Assembly: GCA_040954595.2 (NCBI GenBank)
Contig: CM082589.2
Span: 8,316,232-8,380,231 of the forward strand
From: Balanoglossus misakiensis
Taxonomy: Eukaryota > Animalia > Hemichordata
Length of the DNA stretch: 64,000 nt
Direction of reading: 5' to 3'
Shown here: in pieces, positions 26,711-45,411 of the stretch
Numbering within the stretch: position 1 is the first letter of the stretch
How the letters are laid out: each line of letters begins with the position of its first letter
Notes under the pieces: generated by a model
The model's database searches: none
What the model saw: only the letters and a program-made list of their open reading frames with translations
Told to the model about the DNA's origin: nothing
Translations under genes and position numbers: made by a program

Positions 26711-27813
26711 CTGTGACGAGTTGTGTATACCATTTTAAAACTCAATAGAATTCCAGAATGATTTCTTTAATTTTTTTGTGTGAAGATCTTTTATAGAACT
26801 GCTATTTGTAACATCGCGGGGTGCTTCGATGCTGGTATGCGCATGTCTATAGGTATCGTATAATCCCTGGCTAAAATAGCTGAACCCGGAGTAACCTGTA
26901 AGCAGCCTGATGTGGCTCGTAGAGAGTGGTTCGTTCAAACACGGTCACTGGAGTGACCGTGGTTCAAAAGCCAGGGAAGCCAGCACCCAATACACAGACG
27001 GGCAGTAGTACCATGTAGAGCATTGTGGCCCAGTTTTTGCAATTGCTTTACCAACATGTAGCCGCTAGTTTTCATAGATAATATAGATCGGAACTATCTT
27101 CAGATCGATTTCATGGACATTTGAAGGAAAATAACTAAAACGTGACACTTAGGCCTACTGAAATATGTCTAGAAAATTCTCTCGTATTAGCTTAACATAT
27201 GCACGCAAAACCTCAATAGCTGTAACCCCTCACCACATACACTACGTATCAAACCTGTAAAGTTTAATTTGATGCAAATTGAAGTTTTAAATTAGCATAT
27301 CATTGCGACACGTAAGCATGAATATTTAGAGTAACACCTGTCAAGCGTGGGCGATCTTGTAAGGCCCAGTACATGCAATAGGGCGGTCTAGAACTACCTG
27401 CCCACGACATGATTCATTTAGGAAGAGGATTGGCCAACCAAATTTCACAGTCAGCAATGAAGAGTAAGCCTCCTTTGATAAAATTTTGTTCGTTCATTTT
27501 GCTGAATCGTTGTGTAAAACGACGTCTTCATGATACACAAAGCTCCAATGGTGACAATGTCTGTGCATGGGGGGTCGTGTTTTAACTGCAAATATTCTAT
27601 CAGTATAGTAGCTATATATGGGGAAAAGACAAGGGACATAATGCACACAAATGAAATGTTTGCCAAAAGATAACTACGCACTTATTTTGTTTTATTGAGA
27701 TTTTATTTCGAGAAACAGTGAAGCATGGTTCAGTTTGTTTAAATCAACAACTTTAAAGGCGACTAACTAACAGAAATCGTGTCTATTTCCATGCACCCAT
27801 GGTTTCGACAAAA

Positions 27814-29374
27814 TTAGGCAAGATAGAAATTGCAGTAGAAGTACACTTCACCAAAGCGAGGAATATCCTCAACACAAACGCCATCAGAACGCGAAGCGGT
27901 AACTGGTTTGAACGGAACCCAGGAAAAGGGACCAGAGAATGCGTCGTGGCATTCCGATTCCTGAAATTAAAACAGAACAATTGTTCACTCTCCACGCAAT
28001 AATATAATATAGACACAGACCATGCCAATATTTTCCGATAAATGGAGAGTATTGAGTAATTGAACAAAATATCTTAAACATCCAATACATGCAGCAGGAG
28101 ATGTTTTCGATTTTACATATTTCCCACTGTGTCAAACTGGTAAATCCAGCTCTGTTGGATCGATCATCTATTTCTGAATCAGAACATCAATTGGGGTCCG
28201 GGAAAGCATCGACTCCGTGACGCGTGTTCAGTGGTGAACATTTGAGAACGTGGCAGCAACAAACGCCACAATAATTAGTGACAGAGCAACCATTTATTAG
28301 CGCGCATGCAATGTACATTGCAAGCTATATAAAAAAAAACACACGAGAGACCATATATGGCCGGTCCCAAATGTACATACCGTACAATGCCAAAGACCAA
28401 TTCCGTTGGCATACTCGATCACATCGCAATGATCACAACTGGAAATCAACTTACTTCCGTCCCCGGGGCCCTGTATCCAATGGAATAATCGATGAGGTAC
28501 AAGATTAGCAAAAACGTGGTGGTTTTTTTTTTTACGAATTTTGATCTCATAGGCCTACTTAGCACAACGTCACTTGTAATATGAATATGTGCTGAGACGT
28601 TGGTGATTCTGGTACAGAGGCCTGCCTTCCATAACGTGTACCTAAAACAGTATGGGTATTTGAAACTGTGTGCCCATCAGTGTTTGCAAAGTCAAAGATT
28701 TACACAGCTGTAGACTTACCAGATCGACGTCTTCAGAGTGCTGGCCAGATAACATAACGGTTAAATGGTGAGTGTGGTCACCATTGAAATCAAAAGCTCC
28801 CGAAGACGTGCCCCGATTTCTCTCCTCCACAAGCCCGTCCTTGACGTCATTCATTTTGGCCACCATCTCCGAGGGACACAGCTTTTGTATATTACAGTCT
28901 GCGTAAAGCACTTCGTTGACATCTATCTTGCACATGTGACAATTGTGTTCAGTATTGACGTCAGGTTCTCTTTTCAACAGAGCGCCACTTGAATGCATCG
29001 ACAGTAACACAGCTACTGCTGCCACTGGAAACCATGAAATTGCCTAAGATAGAAAACATATAATTTTACATTCGTCTTCACTATGTGGAAAATGGTGTAT
29101 TATGCGTATTCATTTCTCTTTTGACAATTTCGTATGGACTATAGGATTTTACTCTCATATGTTGGTTTCGCATGTGTTTAAAGAAAGGTAAAAGGCTAAC
29201 CAAGAAACGTTTCATCTATTCTTCGGCAATCAAGATGAGTATCAACTATGCCCTATCAGCACACGACAAAAAGTAACATCTTGAAATCAAAGTATAATAT
29301 CCTCGCTAGACACAATTTGATGCGAACATATACTTATGTGTAAATACATGTATTATGTTTCTGTTCAATGAAAA
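27814..29374 (-). CDS. Small secreted cysteine-rich protein of unknown family, 157 aa, 3 exons
   Basis: Exons 29374-29372 (ATG|GTAAGT), 29043-28720, 27960-27814, all phase 0, GT-AG. Signal-peptide-like MAISWFPVAAVAVLLSMHSSG, then KR, and 7 Cys. The last-exon frame is supported by many third-position differences versus the paralog at 29997-30143. Confidence 0.72.
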
Positions 29375-29622
29375 CACTTACCATATTGTTCATATCAGGA
29401 ACGACTGGACACTGTAAGCTTTGCCTCCGTGTTCTTTAAAAGAAAGTGCGTGGTAACTTTATTTTTATACATTGTTAAAAGTATTGTAAACAGGTCAACC
29501 AATTTATTTTTGTACACACTCTTTGCATGAGGTCGTGATAGAACTATATTTAAACACCTGTGGAAGCAGCTAGAACATGCGACTCTTTATAAATACATTT
29601 ACCACTGTGGCACATGGAGGGG

Positions 29623-29707
29623 TAGTCTGGTTCCCTGCCCCAATCCCACCGCTGGCTGCGCTACGCTCGCGCAGCCAGCGGTGGGATTGGGGCAGGGAAC
29701 CAGACTA
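29623..29707. mobile_element. 85-bp near-perfect palindromic MITE, TAG..CTA termini, 9-bp TSD (AcademH-like)
   Basis: TAGTCTGGTTCCCTGCCCCAATCCCACCGCTGGCTGCGC…GCGCAGCCAGCGGTGGGATTGGGGCAGGGAACCAGACTA, TSD ATGGAGGGG (29614-29622 / 29708-29716). Confidence 0.85.
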
Positions 29708-29996
29708 ATGGAGGGGTAATTTTTCTAATGGGTATTTGTTTGACCCAGTATTAATGTTTGAGAACAATTTTGCCATTCAAACGTAAATGTAAAAAGCGGG
29801 TTTGCAATTACTTGTAATGCATATTGTTTGTTTTTATTATGATTTTCTTTTACGTTCCTGTGAATCTTAGTATAGTTTAATGATTTTGTGATCTTTGAAA
29901 CCAGGGGGTGCATGACTATTTTCATGCCGGCTGAGCTGACCATTTTAGGATGACGCTTTAAATATTTTCACGCGCGCGTCCATGGTTACGGCAAAA

Positions 29997-30393
29997 TTAG
30001 GCCAAAGAGAAATTGCAGTAGAAGTACACATCACCAAAGCGCGGGATCTCCCGGAAACAAAAGCCGGCGGAAAGGGAAGTGGTAATTGGTTTGACTGGAA
30101 CCCAGGAGAAGGGACCAGAGAATGCGTTGTGGCATTCTGATTCATGAAAACAAACAAGACAATATACACTCACAGAATATGTGAAAGGATAGTGAACTAT
30201 TTTTCTTTATACTCTAATGTTGGTATTGCTAGAGAAAGTCAAACAAGAAAAGTTCCAACCCACACACGACAAAAGCGTCATCTTGAAAAGGACAGTTATC
30301 GTAAAGTCGAACATAAAAACCTGTTTATAGGCACAATTTGATCCGTACATAAATACTATGTTTCTGTACATATTGAAAATATACACTTACCAT
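29997..30393 (-). pseudogene. Decayed tandem duplicate of the secreted Cys-rich gene
   Basis: ATG|GTAAGT at 30393-30391 and last exon 30143-29997 (ESECHNAFSGPFSWVPVKPI…YFYCNFSLA*) are retained. The middle exon is absent and the acceptor reads AT instead of AG. Confidence 0.75.
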
Positions 30394-30859
30394 ATTGTTC
30401 GTTTCAGGAACGACTACACGTTTTCTTGAAACAAGTGCGTGGTAACTTTATTAATGTACATGTAAAACAGGTCAACCAAATTATTTTTGTACAGAATCTT
30501 TATGTGAGGCCGTGGTAGAGTCACAGACAAACAACTGTGGGAGCAGCTCTAACACGCTGCTTTTTACGTGAATATGGAATTATATTATATACATTAGGTA
30601 CGATAAACTTACCAGAGTGGCGCGTGGACGGGTCATTTTTCGAATATTCTATAAGCTTTTGTTTGGCTCAGCGAGAACAATCTTGCAATTCATACACAAT
30701 CAATTGTAAGAGCAGGTTTGCAATTACTTGCCAATTACTTATCCAAACTATTATACCGTTAATATTTCGCAGTCATTCTGGAGAATACCTTTCACCTTTC
30801 TCTCTATTAAAGTACACAATTAACAGTTCCAAGTTTCGCATTATAGAATTATTCATTCT

Positions 30860-31190
30860 TATATTACCATGGCTTGTGCGTCGCATTTTAATTGGTCGAG
30901 ATGAACGAGGTCACTGACCACAGATACTCAGTAATGGTTTGTTTACATGCCCGTAAATCCGAGTAGTAATATTAGCAAACAGTTCAGTGAATACAACATT
31001 TTGCGTAATACAAGTTCCGGGGCCCCTTGTCTTTTGCGTGGGACATTTTCGTAAATTTTGACAGTTTTCTTGAGTTCGTTGGCGATATAATGGAAATAAC
31101 CGACTCCGCCGGGCTCGAGGAAAGTCAAAATTCATGGGCTCGGGGAAGCCTGGCCCATGAATTTTTGGCTTTCCCCTCGCCCTCGCTCAT
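30860..31190 (+). mobile_element. Miniature Crypton-like hairpin element (degenerate)
   Basis: TATTACC start, ATTGGTCGAGA motif as in the Crypton 5' region, and a terminal hairpin at 31110-31185 with CTCG repeated in both arms. Confidence 0.5.
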
Positions 31191-32563
31191 CAACAAAGGT
31201 TAATGGTCAGGGCGTTGTGCATTATTTCTATATTAGTTTTCATGGAGTCGTATACATCAAATTCTCACCTACAGTTCAAAGTTGCATGAAAATCAGTACG
31301 CATACAAACATTGTGTCATGATGTATATATGCGCATCATAGTGACAGACCAATACTTAAAATGACAATGAGTAATTTTGCAGATATAAATTGAATAATTT
31401 TATTCCTTCATTTCTTCCAATGTTTTATTAATCCAGTGAGTTAGTCTTTTCTTTCTTCTCAATTCAGAAGTGATCGTTATCTATGAAAGTAACAATATCT
31501 ATTACAATATTTTAATCATCTCAAAGTAACTTCTGTTGCTTTGCCGCTATTCCAAAATTGGAACAGCTTACATTTTACAAATTTCCATCTACTTTAGAAC
31601 AAAGAAAAACACTACTGAGAAGTCAGTGACTTGTTGGATGTACAGGGCAACTAAGATCTGATCAACTGAAAGCAAAGTTCATGTCAAAATTTTCAGATGT
31701 TTTTTAAAAGTATCAAAAGCCTGAAAGGCAAATCAATCGTTCGTTTTTGCCAGCTACCAGCCCTATATACGCCACTGGCAATAAATAATTAATATTAAAG
31801 CTCAATTAGATGTTAACTTTTGCCATCTTTCCAGTATTTTTGTTATGCGTATCTAGTGCAGTTTCTGTTCAAATCACAGAAGCATGATGAAATAATGGTA
31901 TCTGGCTTTTAATACAACTATGCAATGTAGTCATCATTGTTATCATGCTAAATATAAATTCAAATCCAGACTGGAATTCATTTGTCAACAATGGTCATTA
32001 CACACATACAGATTATGTTGACAAGTAGCTTACAGGGTATATTAGCATGCTGTTTAGAGAACAAGAAATTGTATTTGGTACAAAGAATAATAATACTGTA
32101 ATAATACCTTATTTGCCATAGAAATAAACAAAAGAAAAAGAAAAAGAAAAAGAAAAAAGAAAACATGCATGTACAAGAAATTAAATGAAAGAAAGTGATA
32201 ATCACATTTACAGATGCCTTATGTTTACAAGATGTATCATTTTCATAGCATAAAGGAAACAAATCTACCGCTGGAAAACTAGGAAAAGCTAAAGAGAAGC
32301 TTGTAATATCTGTTTCCCATTTAATATAATAATTTTAACATTGAAATCCGGATAAATGAGTACATAAATGAATAAAATGCTGAAGATAAAAACCAAAATT
32401 TACAGCTCATTACCCTTTCAATTAACAATATTAATTAATGATGTTAAACGATCTTAAATTTCAAGTACATTTGTAAATTATCAAAACTACCAGGTATCAA
32501 ATATTTTAAGTATTCAAATATCTGAATTATAATCCAAAGATGGCGGACTACAAACACAGAAAA

Positions 32564-39857
<7,294 letters not shown>

Positions 39858-40159
39858 TCTGCCTGCTACTGAAATTATTTTGTGGACAAACCGTCATGTT
39901 AGAGAGCGATAACATACACCAGTGACTGAGCGATACTTTTACAGCAGAAATCAGTACAAACGCCCACATCATGATTGTCCTCATGTGACCGCCCAACCTT
40001 GTAGTTTGACCTATGAACCATAAGGGTGCACGTTGACCAGTGTTTATCGAACTATACGCGTACTCCGAAGATGACAAAATTCGCGCTTGATGCTGACTTG
40101 GTCAAGAAAATACGATATTTACCTGTCCGTAGCAAGCACCGAAATGATAGGGTCCTTAA

Positions 40160-41316
40160 GGCACGTAACCTGTAACTTTTTGGATAATTTTCATAATTTT
40201 TGTTCACACTGCACTACCATTAGTCCATGCTGATGAACGCAGTGAACTATACACAAGCATTATTACACCTCACGTATTATACCATATTCGTGATTGGCTG
40301 AGACGCGCTCACGTGATATAGAAAAAAAAGTGATATAACATGGCTAGAGTTGATAAAGCCCTGTCGCGTGCGCTGATATTGCCCGCTGGGTTGTTTTGTG
40401 TTCTGCGCGCGACTTCTGCGCGTTCCAAACTGTCGTTCAATGGCTTCCTCCACGATCAGTCAACTCCCGTATCTATGGCTTCAAAGCGACACATAGGCTT
40501 AACACCTGTTCAACTGGACGATATTTTACCACAAACGGACAGTAAATACAACAAAATCGCAACCAACAATGCAGTATTTTCAAAATAATCTAAGTTCGAA
40601 GTAGGTATCGTATAATTCTTGGAAGATCGAGACATTTTACATTCTCAGCAACGTACGACATATGGACGCGAGTCTACATGCTACATGCTGCAGTGTATGT
40701 ACGTTCAAATGTTCGGCGTAATAAAATTAATAACACATGATGCTCGGGCAACATCACGATTTGAAGCCTGCCCTCGGGCTGGTGATCTCTGACCACAATA
40801 TTGATGATACCCTCGCCTGCGGCTCGGGCATCATCAATATTGTAGTCAGAGATCACCATCCCTCGTGCAGGCTTCAAATCGTGATATTGCCCTCGCTATC
40901 ATGTGTTATTATTTAATTATAAACCCTAAATATGAGTACATATGCAAGTTTTAACCAGATAAATAATAAAGCTTTGCCGCAAGCGATTATGGCCGCCACT
41001 GTGGGAAAATGCAAGAAACAATGAAAATGTTGCATTTCCGGTTATGAAACTTCATAAACAAAACATGATCTCATCCACTTGAGCTCATGGAAGTAAATGT
41101 ACACCACTGAGACATCAGATTTTCATTTTTCATTGCAATATTGCACTTTTTTTAAAATTGCAGGAATTTTCGTTTTTCTTTAATTTTTGGCCATTTATCA
41201 TAAATAAGTGTTGAGCTTGATATATTATCATGAAATGTCATTTAATAGACATAATTAAAAGCATATATGAGATTATTTAAAACTTTCATTTTTTATCCAG
41301 TTGCAGCTTACGTGCC
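40160..41316. mobile_element. TTAA-targeting non-autonomous element (Kolobok-like) hosting a nested Crypton derivative
   Basis: TTAA|GGCACGTAAcCTGtAACT…AGTTGCAGCTTACGTGCC|TTTA. Uninterrupted paralog at ~9975-10290. Confidence 0.7.
40264..40920 (+). mobile_element. Internally deleted non-autonomous copy of the adjacent Crypton element
   Basis: 40261-40670 closely matches 41401-41800 (including MASKRH..QLDDIL). It then jumps to the 3' end, with a complete ~184-bp hairpin (40728-40911). ATTAT at both junctions. Confidence 0.88.
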
Positions 41317-41400
41317 TTTAGGCTTCTTACGAATGAAATAAAACGAACGACAATATAGGTTTATGCTATAGTAACGAATGGAAATATGTTATCCCATATT

Positions 41401-43183
41401 TATTACACCTCACGTATTATGTCGTATTCGTGATTGGCTGAGACGCGCTCACGTGACATAGAGAAAAAAGTGATATAACATGGCTAGAGTTGATAAAGCC
41501 CTGTCGCGTGCGCTGATATAGCCCGCTGGGTTGTTTTTGTGTTCTGCGCACCATTTCTGCGCATCAACAAATTGTCGTTCACAACAAACCCTTTCCCTTT
41601 AACGCACCACCACTATGGCTTCAAAACGACACGCTGATTTGACACCAGCTCAACTGGATGATATTTTACTTCAAATGGACAGCAAAAACACGAGAGTAGC
41701 GACCAACAATGCAGTATCCGTTTTCCGAAATTATCTCAGTGCCAAGTACGGATATAGTCACCGGGAGATCGAGACCTTCACAGCGACGACTCTGGACGCA
41801 GCCCTGACTACATTCTACGCTGAAGTGCGAACTCAGAAAGGAGAACTATATACGAACAAGTCTCTTCAATCACTTCGATACGGCATTCAGCGATTTTTCA
41901 ATCAGCCACCAATGCGCCGAAATTTCGATATAGTTGATGGCGATGAGTTTTCCAATAGCCGGAAGATGTTTAGTGCAGTTTGCAAGCGACTGAAAAGCCA
42001 GGGCAAAGGAAATGTTGTACACAAACCGGCCATACTCCCGGGCGATCTCGCTAAACTAGCCACCTACTTCAGTCGCTCGAATACCGACGCAACTTTACTT
42101 CTGCACAAGGTATGGTTCGATATCATGTTGTATTTTTGTCGCCGTGGTAGAGAAGGGCAGCGTGACCTCCGTCCTGAAAACTTTCAGGTTAACACGGACG
42201 ACCGTGGGAATAAGTACGTGATCCAAGTTGGGAGCGAGGTGACAAAAAACCACCAATATGATGACGATGGTGTGTCGGGCGGAATCATGTATGCCAACCC
42301 CACCAATTTATCTCGGTGCCCCGTTCGTACCTACGAACTGTATATTTCGAAGATAAACCGTAAATGCGACGCACTATTTCAACGACCACGCGATAACTAC
42401 AGTAGTGACGACGCGCTGTGGTACGAGAACAAACCACTCGGCAAAAATACATTATCGGCGATGATGGCCACTATATCTGCAGCAGCAGAATTAAGTCAAC
42501 GCTACACAAATCATTGTATTCGTGCCACGTCCATCACACTTCTTAGCGAATCCGGCTTTAACAATAGGCACATCATGAGTGTGAGCCGCCATCGAAACGA
42601 AGGGAGCATCTCCTCCTATGTCAGGGATACGTCAATCCAGCAGAAGAAATTGATGGCAGAAACCCTTTCATCCGCAACAATGACACCATCTGCTGCTGAC
42701 GAAACTGGTGACCACGGTGCAGCCATCGCAACATCAAGCCCCCCACAACAAGCACATCGCTCACCACTGTCATCCATCATTTCGCAGCCTGCTTTCAGTG
42801 GTGTGGCCCAGCCAAATATTAATATACCCGCACCCAAATCAGCTGCAGCATCCCTGTTTGCAGGTGCAACGATCACAGGAGGAAATTTTAACATTTTTCT
42901 TGGACAAAAACAATGACAGTATTTATCTTTTGTGAAATATGCCCAGTACGTTTATTGTTGGTTTATTGTTGTTTCGTGTTTGGCCATTAAACTGTTGTGG
43001 TAATATAAATCCTGACTGTGTGATATTGTCTTGTATGCTGTGTGAATGTTCGGTGTAATAAAATAAATAACACATGATAGCGAGGGCAATATCACAATTT
43101 GTTGCCTGCCCAAGGGTTGGTGACCATGACCGAAATATTGATGATGCCCGAGCCGAACCTCGCTATCATGTGTTATTATTTAA
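41401..43183 (+). mobile_element. Crypton-type tyrosine-recombinase DNA transposon, apparently full length
   Basis: Ends defined by homology with 40261-40916. Inner inverted repeat TTTATTACACC/GGTGTAATAAA, 3' hairpin remnant at 43066-43178, single YR ORF, no RT. Confidence 0.85.
41615..42916 (+). CDS. Crypton/DUF3504-type tyrosine recombinase, 433 aa, intronless and intact
   Basis: Catalytic R-K-HxxR-H-Y set: FCRRGREGQRDL, VTKNHQ, TNHCIRAT, VSRHRNEGSISSY. Also the family motifs FYAEVRTQKGELY…SLRYGIQRF, RCPVRTYELY and WYENKPLGKNTL. Confidence 0.93.
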   Translation: MASKRHADLTPAQLDDILLQMDSKNTRVATNNAVSVFRNYLSAKYGYSHREIETFTATTLDAALTTFYAEVRTQKGELYTNKSLQSLRYGIQRFFNQPPMRRNFDIVDGDEFSNSRKMFSAVCKRLKSQGKGNVVHKPAILPGDLAKLATYFSRSNTDATLLLHKVWFDIMLYFCRRGREGQRDLRPENFQVNTDDRGNKYVIQVGSEVTKNHQYDDDGVSGGIMYANPTNLSRCPVRTYELYISKINRKCDALFQRPRDNYSSDDALWYENKPLGKNTLSAMMATISAAAELSQRYTNHCIRATSITLLSESGFNNRHIMSVSRHRNEGSISSYVRDTSIQQKKLMAETLSSATMTPSAADETGDHGAAIATSSPPQQAHRSPLSSIISQPAFSGVAQPNINIPAPKSAAASLFAGATITGGNFNIFLGQKQ

Positions 43184-45411
43184 ATAGGCCTACGGGATGA
43201 AAATCCTTATTTAGCCATGATACACCCCACTCACCATCACTCCTTTTATTCTGGGGCGTCTCAAATGCGTGCAGTGTGCATATTGAGTATCTGGCCTATA
43301 GGCACTCAAATAGGTGGAAAAAAATTCCCAGTGCTACCGGAATGTTTTCACTGTCCCAAATATCTAAGAAACATACAATTGCCTCACAGACGCCTGTGTG
43401 TCATCTTACCTTTGAGAATTTGACGACAATATACCGGGTTCGATGATGGATAGACCGCGACAGATCTCGATGTCCAACCCGTGGATCCAAAGCCGATAAT
43501 GTCAAAGTTGTTATTTACCGTCTCTGTTTTATATTGTTGTCGCAACTGAAAACTTCTCTGTAATAAAGATTCCGTTGCAATCGTGTGTTGGCTGAACACT
43601 TCTTAAGTGTTTCGACTTATGGAGATAACTATGTAGGCCTAATTAACTTTTTTTATTAGTTGGCAAGAGAAAAATCATTACAAAGCAGATATATTTAGCA
43701 TTAACTATACATGTAAATAGGATGACATCGAGAGCCTCCTCCGATCAATACAGCTGCGTGCTTTCATGCATTTGAAATGTCGAAATATGATATTATCAGT
43801 TGATCAACAGATTGGCTGTACTAATCATTGCAAATGACAACGCAATCGTTATACGTGTATACAGCGTGTTGCTATAGCAAATAGACTAACAAACATAGTT
43901 CTAAACGTCATGAATATATGGAAAATACATGTATACCTAAAAGTACGAAAATAATATATCAAACGAATACCTTCATAGTAATGACGGGGAAGCACGTCAC
44001 CGCTCGAAAGAAATCAGGCTGGTGAATTAATGTATAAAGAGTGTAGTCCGGCAATCTATCGATGCGTTATGAGGTAAAAACGATAAATCTCCACTAATAA
44101 AAGCTTGCGATAACTGAGTACAGAAACAGTCAAAACGTTACATTCCTCATTCTCAGGCAAGAATAAGTCGATTTATTACACAATCTATAACTTCTGAGGA
44201 ATTGAAGAATACGTCCTCAGCGTCCGTACTTAGTGAGCAGTGTAAATTGCAATAACATGTTCGAACCACACTACTTGAATGATTGCAACAATACAGGCTG
44301 TTGGACTGAACAAACCACCCGTTGTGTAGAAAATGCGCTGGTTTACCCCTATACAAAAACAACATGAATATGTTGTTAGTGTAAATTTTGAAAATTACTT
44401 TCAAGTGATTCGTTCAGAAACATGTAAACTTTAGGAATGGAGTAATAATGTATGGGAAATAGCTTAAAGCTCTGTAGAAATATTTATTGAAACTCTTGCA
44501 TTTGAAATTACAACTGGTGACGAACACTTAAAAATCTCGAGGATTAAGATGAAATAAACAAAGCCTTGATTATGCGTTGATGAAACAACGACTGATAATA
44601 TATGTTGCTGGGTTTCGCGCTTCCAAATGAAAACACGTACCTGAGATTTGATTTTTCAATTAACGCAAGGTTGAGTTTAATCTAGTCTTAGCTAGTCAGC
44701 CTGTGAGCGTGCTTGCCTGTATGTGTCTGCATGCCTAGTTTGTCCATCTACCGGTACGTTGTCGCGACGTTCCTGAGATTGTTCATGTATTTTGGCACCG
44801 GACAGGGCCATATAAGGCCTACATTTTCCGATAGTTTGCACTGGAAATTAGTGATACCGGTAAAATACGCTTAATTTTATGATTACCACTCTGGAAGGCT
44901 TTCCCATAGCCTCAGTATGGACGGAAGTACACTATGTATGGCGCAACTCTGACCTTACGATATGACATTTCAGATTAGAACTGTTCGGAATTAAATATGA
45001 ATATTTGACCAGAAATGAAGATTCTCGTCCAAAGACGTGTCTAAATGTTCGGATCACCATGTGAGGGCGCATATTTTTTACGTGTGAGCCACCCACTGAA
45101 AATCTGTAATCGGCTATATTTGATTTCCATGGTAACAGAGATTGAATTTGCATAGGTGCGCATAGGACGGTTCCGAGGTCTGACCAGCGAGGGGTATAGG
45201 TCAACAACGGCTGCTATAGATGTCAAGTAGACCTACATGCAATCAACGTCAGATCCAGTTAGGTCCGTCATTGAGTAAAGCGTCAGACTTGGCAGAATCA
45301 TGGAGCTAGCTCCATGGCAGAATGTAGTCAAGCATTAGTTGATCAGAGAACATCTCTTTGAAATCCTGAAGACCACCCTCCCGCCCCCCCCCCTCAAAGT
45401 TTATTGTTGTT

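Larger units (their letters stand above)
24905..26766. mobile_element. Possible Kolobok-like element interrupted by a Crypton derivative
   Basis: TTAA|AG…CT|TTAA ends with only a weak TIR. CpG-rich interior, acidic ORF stub (GFLYEPEYSSDE). Removing 25604-26710 rejoins AAATTCACTAT|CTGTGACGAG. Confidence 0.4.

Noticed and set aside
27783-28067. Listed ORF frame NRNATTHSLVP… (and 29945-30169)
   Set aside because: Paralog differences fall largely at third positions of the ESECH… frame, which also matches the splice phase.
42616-42935. Antisense/overlapping ORFs at the YR 3' end as a second element gene
   Set aside because: Low-complexity shadow frames with no recognisable motif.
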